A DNA stretch of 64,000 bases, taken from positions 384,001 through 448,000 of the forward strand of contig OZ244160.1 in NCBI GenBank assembly GCA_965216325.1. Reading direction: 5' to 3'. Positions 54,034-61,696 of this stretch are shown here, piece by piece (positions within the stretch are counted from its first letter, which is position 1; each line of letters begins with the position of its first letter). The translations under genes were made by a program, and so were the position numbers. A model generated the notes under the pieces. The model ran no database searches, was not told the origin of the DNA, and saw nothing but the letters and a program-made list of their open reading frames with translations. The stretch is from Coraliomargarita sp. (GTDB taxonomy: Bacteria > Verrucomicrobiota > Verrucomicrobiia > Opitutales > Coraliomargaritaceae).

Positions 54034-56268
54034 ATGAGATTTAATTCAAATGCGATCACTATGATTCATCAAAGAAAATTCGTTACACTCCTAGCATCGA
54101 TTGGGGTTTGTATGCAGTGTGCTGTTTTTGCAGGTGAGGCAGCCAAGCCGCTTCCCAATATCGTTCACATTATGATAGATGATCTTGGCTGGCAGGATGT
54201 CGCGTCACACAAAATAGATGGCAAGCCTGTGTATGAAACGCCTCATATGGATGCGCTCACTACAGAGGGATTACGTTTTACACAAGCATACTCACCTGCA
54301 CCTACCTGTGCTCCATCGCGCACGGCATTCTTGCGTGGTCAGTATCCCGCGAATACGGGTATCTATCACGTGAGTGGGGGTAACATTCCTAGGGCGAACA
54401 GCAATGCAGACAAACTGCACTCGCCGTTTTATAACTATGGGCTGAACAAAGATGTGCCAACCATTGCCCGGACCCTGAAGCAGGCGGGTTACACCACCGC
54501 TCATATTGGAAAATGGCACGCAACAGGAAAGTCAGAAGGCTACCCTTATCCCACATTTATCGGATTTGATTTCAGCTTTGCAGAAAGCAAACAATCGCTC
54601 AATAAATTCTATAATGACCCAGATCTGTGGGACTGGAAAAATAAGAAGGATTTCTTCTTTGGTTCATGGGCAAGAATTCATCCGGATCGTCTTTCTGATT
54701 TTGCGACTGCGGATCCGAATGACAAGTTTCAGCTCGATGAGGACGGGCGTCCATTTGATAAACCGCTGGACCTGGCACTCGGCTTTATGGACAAGCATAA
54801 AGATCAACCGTTCTTTCTCAACTACGCGACCTATTATGTGCATGGGCCGATTGGTACCAGAGACAAAAAGCGTTTGAATCTTTACCTGAACAAAATGGGC
54901 TATGACTTCCCTACAGATCCGGGTGTTATTAATGCAGGTAAGGATGGCCAATCCAATCCCTATTACGCGAGTATGGTTGATACTGTGGACTGGATGATCG
55001 GGGAGGTCGTTGAGTACCTTAAGGTAACGGATGATCCACGCAATCCAGGGCATGCATTGATTGACAATACCTATATCGTGATCGATTCAGATAATGGTGG
55101 TTGGATCGGTAGTCCAAACGAAGCGATTACTGACAACGCACCGTTAAGGGAGGGGAAGTCTACAACCTATGAAGGTGGCCTCCGTATTCCATTTATCGTT
55201 GTTGGACCCGGCGTGCCACAGGGAGCGATCTGTGACGTGCCCATCAACCTGATTGACCTCTACCCAACATTTATGGCGATGGCTGGCATGCGGCCGGATC
55301 CCTCACTCAAACTGGATGGTTGTAATATTTTGCCGCTCTTTGAGGGGAGGGCAGAGAAGGCCTACTTTGCAGATGGCACCGCCCGTGATACAATTTTCTG
55401 GTACTACCCAGCGGAGAGTCACATGTCCGCTGTCATCCGCAAAGGCGGATGGAAGTTGATTAAAAACTTTGGTGTTGGGATGGGCAACCGAACGGATACC
55501 GAGCTGTTCAAGCTCTACAATGAAGACGGCAGTGTGAACGATCTGAGCGAGGCGAATAATCTTGCGAAGAAAGACCCTGAGCGTACCCAGGCGATGCTTG
55601 CAGAGCTCAACGCTTTTTTGGAAACGGCTGATGTGGAGCTTCCGTACCGTAATCTGCCTGCAGCGAGCACGGCTGATAAAGAAAAAGCACCCAAGGTTCA
55701 AGCGATCGGCAGTGACGCGGATACAGTCTGGGCCGAGTTTGACACAGAGGGCAAGAATGAACTCGTTGATGCACTCTTCCTGTATACTCTGAATCCAAAA
55801 CTGCTCGATGCGACGAAGGGGCAGCGTGAGGAATGGTTCTCCATTCCTGTTGAAATCGTCGACGGTCGCGTGGAGGCGGCCATGCCGCCAGGTGCCACAC
55901 ACGGTACTTTTGTGCTGAGAGATTCAGAAAACTTTATGATCCGCTCTGAGCCAATGCCGACCTACCGAGAGAAGGGTGGCCAGTTCAAGGGCAGCACCCT
56001 TCTGGCGAATGGCTATGCGTATAAACCGGGCCTGTTCGCACTGATCCAATATGGTAAAAAAGCTGCGACCTCAGCAGGAGAGGGAAAGTCAAAGAATCTA
56101 AACGACACGCTTAAACAGGCAGAGAAGCTTTACGCGATGGAAAAAGCATCCGATGAAGAATACTGCGATGTGATTCGCCAGCTGCGCCGTCAGATTATCG
56201 ATCTCGGTGTTGAGGAGTCAAAAGCCGAAGTACTCGACCGCTTTGCCACCGACAGCAAATTCAACTAG
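54034..56268 (+). CDS. S1 sulfatase with C-terminal extension (start 54034 or 54061)
   Basis: PNIVHIMIDDLGW, CAPSRTAFLRG, GKWH, DSDNGG, YEGGLRIP. Confidence 0.93.
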   Translation: MRFNSNAITMIHQRKFVTLLASIGVCMQCAVFAGEAAKPLPNIVHIMIDDLGWQDVASHKIDGKPVYETPHMDALTTEGLRFTQAYSPAPTCAPSRTAFLRGQYPANTGIYHVSGGNIPRANSNADKLHSPFYNYGLNKDVPTIARTLKQAGYTTAHIGKWHATGKSEGYPYPTFIGFDFSFAESKQSLNKFYNDPDLWDWKNKKDFFFGSWARIHPDRLSDFATADPNDKFQLDEDGRPFDKPLDLALGFMDKHKDQPFFLNYATYYVHGPIGTRDKKRLNLYLNKMGYDFPTDPGVINAGKDGQSNPYYASMVDTVDWMIGEVVEYLKVTDDPRNPGHALIDNTYIVIDSDNGGWIGSPNEAITDNAPLREGKSTTYEGGLRIPFIVVGPGVPQGAICDVPINLIDLYPTFMAMAGMRPDPSLKLDGCNILPLFEGRAEKAYFADGTARDTIFWYYPAESHMSAVIRKGGWKLIKNFGVGMGNRTDTELFKLYNEDGSVNDLSEANNLAKKDPERTQAMLAELNAFLETADVELPYRNLPAASTADKEKAPKVQAIGSDADTVWAEFDTEGKNELVDALFLYTLNPKLLDATKGQREEWFSIPVEIVDGRVEAAMPPGATHGTFVLRDSENFMIRSEPMPTYREKGGQFKGSTLLANGYAYKPGLFALIQYGKKAATSAGEGKSKNLNDTLKQAEKLYAMEKASDEEYCDVIRQLRRQIIDLGVEESKAEVLDRFATDSKFN

Positions 56269-56289
56269 GTTGAAAAATAAGATTATAAA

Positions 56290-56581
56290 ATGATTAAAAC
56301 AAAAACTGTACTGGCTCAGGCGGCAATAGTGTCCGCGGGTGTAATGGTCTCCATGTCTGCGGCAGAACTGAGCACAGCCGAAAACTCGAAACCGAACATT
56401 GTTTTGATCATGGCCAGATGATCTGGGCTATGAGTGTATCAGTGCAAACGGTTGTGAAGACTACAAAACGCCCCACATCGATAAACTGGCAGCAGAGGGT
56501 GTTCGCTTTGAGCAGTGCTTTGCCAACCCGCTGTGTACACCGTCGCGAGTCAAGATCATGACCGGCCAGTACAATGTTAGG
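56290..56581 (+). pseudogene. Frameshifted, 3'-truncated sulfatase
   Basis: MIKTKTVLA...KPNIVLIMA, then a +1 shift at about 56416, then [12 protein letters not shown]...TPHIDKLA...[16 protein letters not shown]; ends at the 28-bp repeats. Confidence 0.9.
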
Positions 56582-56690
56582 GCTGTTTTTAGGGACAGGC
56601 TATAATAAGGCTGTTTTTAGGGACAGGCTATAATAAGAGTCCAGCGGAGCTGGAGACCGCTAGGCTGTTTTCAGGGACAGGCTATAAAAA
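56581..56690 (+). repeat. Three copies of a 28-bp unit
   Basis: GGCTGTTTTYAGGGACAGGCTATAAWAA at 56581, 56609 (tandem) and 56663. Confidence 0.9.
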
Positions 56691-56789
56691 GAGGCCTGCG
56701 GGGATGCTGGATGCAGAACGTATAATTACAAGATGACTCAGCTGACCTCTTTTTTGGGTTTGTTTGATTTTGCGTGCCAATGTAATCAA

Positions 56790-56836
56790 ACACGGTCGAT
56801 TGGCCGTGTTGTCGGCTGCCCTTTATCTGCTATTAT
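56790..56836 (+). promoter_or_regulatory. Operator palindrome 7 (56790-56809) plus promoter
   Basis: ACACGGTCGATTGGCCGTGT; TTGTCG-16-TATTAT with a TGn extension. Confidence 0.75.
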
Positions 56837-56848
56837 AAGCCACCTATG

Positions 56849-57020
56849 GGAACCTCCCCTGAACTGTTGAATTTTTTCATGTATAACCTTTGTAGCGTTT
56901 GATAGCATCTATTGTTTAAACATGAAATACCGTAATCCCAAGAAAGATAATGACCTGTTCAGCATGATTGATCACCCGCAGGAGGTGATGCGCACAGTCA
57001 AGGGCATCAATAAAATCTAA
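56849..57020 (+). mobile_element. Probable IS5-family left-end remnant
   Basis: GGAACCTCCCCTGAAC end-like sequence and short ORF 56922-57020 MKYRNPKKDNDLFSMIDHPQEVMRTVKGINKI, resembling an IS5 transposase N-terminus (from memory, unverified). Confidence 0.45.
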
Positions 57021-57078
57021 AAATCAGACACTCCAACCATTCGAAAACCGAATCCAACCGAACCAGGCTCAATTTAGT

Positions 57079-58500
57079 ATGAAAAATACGAAACAACCTA
57101 ACCCGCGCCGTCAAAACGGTCTTTTCAGAGGTGCTTCCATACAACGTAGAAACTTCCTTAAAACCGCAGCAGCCGCCAGTGCGGGTGCCTTTGTATTGCC
57201 ACGCTTCTCTATTGGCCAGCCTGGCCCGTCGGCGAATAGCAAACTGAACATCGCGCATATCGGTGCCGGTAACATCGCTAATATGGCGTATGGCTGTACT
57301 CGTGTCGAGAATGTCGTGGCGCTGTGCGATATTGATAGTCGTATGTTTCCCGATTGGGCTGCCTCCAATAACATACCTACGTTTGCCGACTACCGTGAGA
57401 TGCTCGACAAGCTCGGCAAAGAGATTGACGGCGTCTGCATCAACACTCCCGATCATACTCACTTTAATGCGACACTGGCTTGCATGGAACGCGGTATCCA
57501 CGTCTGCACGCAAAAGCCGTTGACGCATAACGTCTGGCAAGCGCGCACGCTGCGTAAGGCTAAGGATAAATATAAGGTGGTCACCAATATGGCCAATCAA
57601 GGCCACACCTTCGATGGCATTCGCAAGATGCGCGAGATGTATGAAGCAGATTGCTTCGGGCAGGTTCGAGAAGTGCACCTCGGTTTTAACGGACCCGATT
57701 GGAACTCTAGATTCTTCAAGAAACAGAAGTCTATGCCTTTAAGCGGCGAACCAGTTCCAGCTGAGGTGAACTGGGATCTATGGCTGGGCCCAGCTCAAGA
57801 ACATCCTTATAATCGCGATTTGCATCCCCTGAGCTGGCGTGGCTTTTACGATTTTGGCACCGGGCAATTTGGTGACTGGTTTTGTCATATCGGAGATGGC
57901 GCTGTCTGGGTGCTTGATTTGTATGAGCCCACGGTGATCGAATGCGTTGAGCGTGGGCCTGCGATGGAGGGAATGATTCCGGATTACAGTATCGTGCGCT
58001 TTGATTTCCCTGCGCGTGGCAACAAGGCTGCGTGCTCAATGACTTGGTATGATGGTACGAACAACGGTGGCACGCCGATCAAATCACCGGATGATTGGGG
58101 ATGGGGCAGGGTGCCGAATAAGGGCTCTTTCTGGTATGCTGACAAAGGCAATGCCTTCCTGGATCAATACTCCAACAATCCTCGATTTGCTGTTAAAGAG
58201 CAGATGGTTGCCTTTAAAGAGAGCGGCGGTGTCGCAGAGAAATATGCCCGCGTCAAAGGCGGCCCACACAGAGAGTGGATGCGCGCGATTAAGGGAGATA
58301 TTTCTGAATGTGGATCGAACTTTGATTACGCCGCTCCGATGACGGAGGTTGCTTTGCTGGGTGTGCTCGCGCAGCGCTTCGGCGGCCGGATTGAGTGGGA
58401 TAGCAAAAACATGCGTATCACCAATCGCCCCGAGCTGAATGTATTTATTAAGGAGCCTGTTCGCGCAGGCTGGGAGGCCGGTCAAGATCTTTGGTCTTAA
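57079..58500 (+). CDS. Gfo/Idh/MocA oxidoreductase, Tat-exported (paralogue 4)
   Basis: QRRNFLK; IGAGN, NTPDHTH, TQKPLTH, MANQGH, GTGQFGDWFCH. Confidence 0.95.
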   Translation: MKNTKQPNPRRQNGLFRGASIQRRNFLKTAAAASAGAFVLPRFSIGQPGPSANSKLNIAHIGAGNIANMAYGCTRVENVVALCDIDSRMFPDWAASNNIPTFADYREMLDKLGKEIDGVCINTPDHTHFNATLACMERGIHVCTQKPLTHNVWQARTLRKAKDKYKVVTNMANQGHTFDGIRKMREMYEADCFGQVREVHLGFNGPDWNSRFFKKQKSMPLSGEPVPAEVNWDLWLGPAQEHPYNRDLHPLSWRGFYDFGTGQFGDWFCHIGDGAVWVLDLYEPTVIECVERGPAMEGMIPDYSIVRFDFPARGNKAACSMTWYDGTNNGGTPIKSPDDWGWGRVPNKGSFWYADKGNAFLDQYSNNPRFAVKEQMVAFKESGGVAEKYARVKGGPHREWMRAIKGDISECGSNFDYAAPMTEVALLGVLAQRFGGRIEWDSKNMRITNRPELNVFIKEPVRAGWEAGQDLWS

Positions 58501-58519
58501 TTTGTGGTCTGTAATACGT

Positions 58520-59689
58520 ATGAAAAAATACCTCATTCTTCTTTCCGTAGTCTGGATTGGTCTATCCTCACATACTGTCTTTGCTGATGGCGCATTTTTT
58601 GGCGATCCACCAGACGCGCATCATCCCTGGGCGGTGCACGATGAGAATCGTCCGCAACCGCCGCGTGTGGAGCCTGCGGCAACAGTGGGCGGTGCACCTT
58701 CGGATGCAGTCGTGCTTTTTGATGGCTCTGAACGTTCATTTAAAAGCAATTGGCGACATGCAAGTCCGAGCGACGAACGTAAGGCCGATTGGGCGGTGTG
58801 TGATGGCTATATGCTCGCTGTTCGCGGCGCAGGTTATATCGAGACGCAGGCACAGTTCGGAGATTGCCAGGTGCACATCGAGTGGTCGCACGAAAAGCGG
58901 CTTCCCGGCTCGGGGCAGGGACGCGGTAATAGCGGCGTGTTCTTACCTGGTGGGATCGAAGTGCAGGTGCTGGATAATTATAACAACCGCAGCTACGCGG
59001 ACGGCTCCGCGGGGGCGGTTTACGGTGTGATGCCACCTGCGGTGAATGCACTGCACGCTCCGGGGCAGTGGCAGAGCTACGATATTATTTTCCGTCGCCC
59101 GATCGTGCGCGACGGCGTATTAATTGATGAAGGCTCGATGACGGTGATGGTCAATGGAGTCGTGGTGCAAGACAGCACCCCGCTGGATGGCGGAGGCGGT
59201 CATAAAAAGCGCAAGGCGCTGAATCATGCATATCCGGATGCGGGGCCGTTGCGCTTACAGGATCATGGCGACCCGGTGCGCTTCCGTAATATCTGGGTGC
59301 GTGCCTTGCGTCCACGGCCTGCCGATGGAGGCACCGATGGGCGACTTTCAGCTGAGGCCACTACGGCGAAACGTGCTGAAATCGCCGAGGATGTGCGCAG
59401 GAGTGCGGCGGATTTGCAGGGCTATGATCGGGTGCTGCGCCTGTTGGAAGCTTATATGTATGATAACAATCCTGAAGCGTGGACTGAGTGCGATGCATTG
59501 GTCACTGCCTCTGTGGTAGGTTTGAAAGATCTGTCCGCGGCTGATTTGGAGCAGCAGCGCCGAGCGTTGACTAAGTTACGCAATGCGCTCAACTTCTTAC
59601 AGCGCTTTGCGATGATTCCAAATGATTATGCGCCTGAACAAGAACTGAAGCGTATCGCAGTCGCGCAGGGGTGGTTGAAGAAGCGCTAG
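58520..59689 (+). CDS. DUF1080 protein with helical C-terminal extension
   Basis: ATG 58520 signal peptide; APSDAVVLFDG, GNSGVFL, EVQVLDNY, WQSYDIIFRRP, LQDHGDPVRFRNIWVR. Confidence 0.92.
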   Translation: MKKYLILLSVVWIGLSSHTVFADGAFFGDPPDAHHPWAVHDENRPQPPRVEPAATVGGAPSDAVVLFDGSERSFKSNWRHASPSDERKADWAVCDGYMLAVRGAGYIETQAQFGDCQVHIEWSHEKRLPGSGQGRGNSGVFLPGGIEVQVLDNYNNRSYADGSAGAVYGVMPPAVNALHAPGQWQSYDIIFRRPIVRDGVLIDEGSMTVMVNGVVVQDSTPLDGGGGHKKRKALNHAYPDAGPLRLQDHGDPVRFRNIWVRALRPRPADGGTDGRLSAEATTAKRAEIAEDVRRSAADLQGYDRVLRLLEAYMYDNNPEAWTECDALVTASVVGLKDLSAADLEQQRRALTKLRNALNFLQRFAMIPNDYAPEQELKRIAVAQGWLKKR

Positions 59690-59764
59690 TTTGTTCGTAT
59701 TTCAGTTTTCTTTGTGCGTGGCTTTACCAGAACCTGGCAAATGGATTGTCAGCGCAAGCTCCCT

Positions 59765-59797
59765 CCAAAAGTGACTGCGATGCGCGGTCACTTTTGG
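59765..59797. terminator. Hairpin after the Gfo/DUF1080 pair
   Basis: CCAAAAGTGAC-N11-GTCACTTTTGG. Confidence 0.45.
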
Positions 59798-59931
59798 GAC
59801 GGTTTGTCTGTGATCAAGGGGCTACGTCGGGATGTCTTATAGTGAGTATATAGATAGCTTGCTCTGCCTAACGCCTAAATAGTCCGCATTCGCCTACCAT
59901 TTACAAAAAAATCCTAGCAATCTAGCTATCC

Positions 59932-61018
59932 ATGAAAAAAATCACTGCTCGTATGGGGCATCTGTCTCGTCCTGCTCTTACCAATTACCACTTCCGCAGC
60001 CACCTACCATGTGGATGCGGAGGGCGGCAACGACACTAACAGCGGAACATCACCTGCGGCCGCTTGGCACTCGCTCGCGCATGCCAGTGCGCAGACCTTT
60101 GCGCCGGGCGATCAGATTCTGCTGCAGCGTGGCGATACCTTTCTCGGCACACTAATACTGGACAACGAGAGCGGCACGCAAGCTGAACCCATTATCGTGG
60201 GAGCTTACGGCACAGGCGATCTGCCCGTGATTGATGCCGCCGGTTACCTGGCGGGAGTGAATATCCGTGATGTCGAATACATTGAGGTGCAGGATCTCGA
60301 AATTACATCCAATGGTGGCCCCGTGTTGGATGGCTCCGCAGGCCTCGCCGAAAAGGACGAGTGGAACGCCGATAAAGCACGCTACGGCGTCTACGTCAAT
60401 GGCATCACGGGCACTGCGGTGGGACATGTGACGCTGCGCAACCTCTACATCCATGACATCTTCCCCACTAGCGATCGGGCCACCGAAGGTGCCAACCCGA
60501 CGACCTCCTACACCGTTTCGGGACTCGACCTGAGTCGTTACGGTGGCGCATTCGGCGAAACACTTGTATTTGACGTTACATATACTCAAACTGGCGGAAC
60601 CGAAGTTGTATTCAACTCAACTGGGCGTGTCGGAGTCGCCAATATTACTGGTCTAGATAGCCAGATAGATGAGAATGAAGCACTGACGGCTGCTGTTGAC
60701 TTCAATGAGGGTGCCTCAACATTCAGCGGAGATTTTGCTAACCTTTCGATTGGCTTCACCAGAGTAGCTCCGGGTGGGGTAAATGACGGCGAAACATGGG
60801 AGGTGACTCACGGTTCAGCGCCGACCACCATCAGTCGAGCCTACAGCAGCCGGATTGCCACGTTTGCAAGCTCTGACTATTTCACTATTAGTAACGTTTC
60901 TGGTGCAATGAACCTAGGGGCGGTGGATGTTGAAATTGTTGACATCCCCGAGCCTTCCTTCTGCGCCGCGCTTCTCGGTCTTGGCTGTCTCACGCTGATC
61001 CTCCGCCGTCGTCAATAA
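59932..61018 (+). pseudogene. Chimeric beta-helix N-terminus / PEP-CTERM protein with frameshift in an A7 tract after the ATG
   Basis: Removing one A from 59935-59941 gives MKKSLLVWGICLVLLLPITTSAATYHVDAEGGND..., in frame with track ORF 60011; ends IPEPSFCAALLGLGCLTLILRRRQ. Confidence 0.8.
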
Positions 61019-61050
61019 GGCTAGGATGGCTATCTATCACTAAGACCTAC

Positions 61051-61179
61051 AAAGCCATCCGGTATACTCTGAATCATTGGGTGAAACTATGTCGATATGT
61101 CTATTACAGCGATGCAGGTATTGACAATAATGCCGCTGAAAGGGCCGTGCGCCCGACTAAGCTTGGCATGAAGAATTGC
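61051..61179 (+). mobile_element. IS66-family transposase (TnpC) internal fragment
   Basis: KAIRYTLNHWVKLCRY...IDNNAAERAVRPTKLGMKN. Confidence 0.85.
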
Positions 61180-61453
61180 CGCTTACCCACTGAAGACTTA
61201 TTTTAAATCGCTAGGTTTTAACTTGGAACTTCAGGCGGAAGACAGTGATGAAGGTTTTCGTGCAGTCCATGATGACAAGGATTACCTTTCCAATCTGGAA
61301 TACGACGAGGAGGACGCTAGTGACCTAAAATGAAAATACATAAGTCCAGGTAAGGGGATGAGTTCTCCCAGTCAGCGCTCTATAGTCTTCAATTGACAGA
61401 CAAAAAACAACTTATCTCGAAGAACCATAATAGTATTCATTCTAGACTGAGAG

Positions 61454-61500
61454 ACACGGTCGATTGACCGTGTTTACATGATGATTTTTTTAGATATAGT
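61454..61500 (+). promoter_or_regulatory. Operator palindrome 8 (61454-61473) plus promoter
   Basis: ACACGGTCGATTGACCGTGT; TTTACA-16-TATAGT. Confidence 0.8.
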
Positions 61501-61696
61501 TTCAATAGTCTCAAAATAGCCCCTACATTTCCTGCCCCTTTCTTTTTGCCTAAGCTAACCTGATCGTACGTAATACAGAGGTAGTTGCTAGTGGCTTGTT
61601 TGAAAGATGTTACTCGGGGAATTAATAAATATCCTAACGTCATCTAGCTGTCAGGGGCGATGCCTGACTGTGTAATCCAACTCTGAATCGATCAAG

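Noticed and set aside
56581..56690. Possible CRISPR mini-array
   Set aside because: The first two repeats have no spacer, there are only three units, and no cas genes are in the window.
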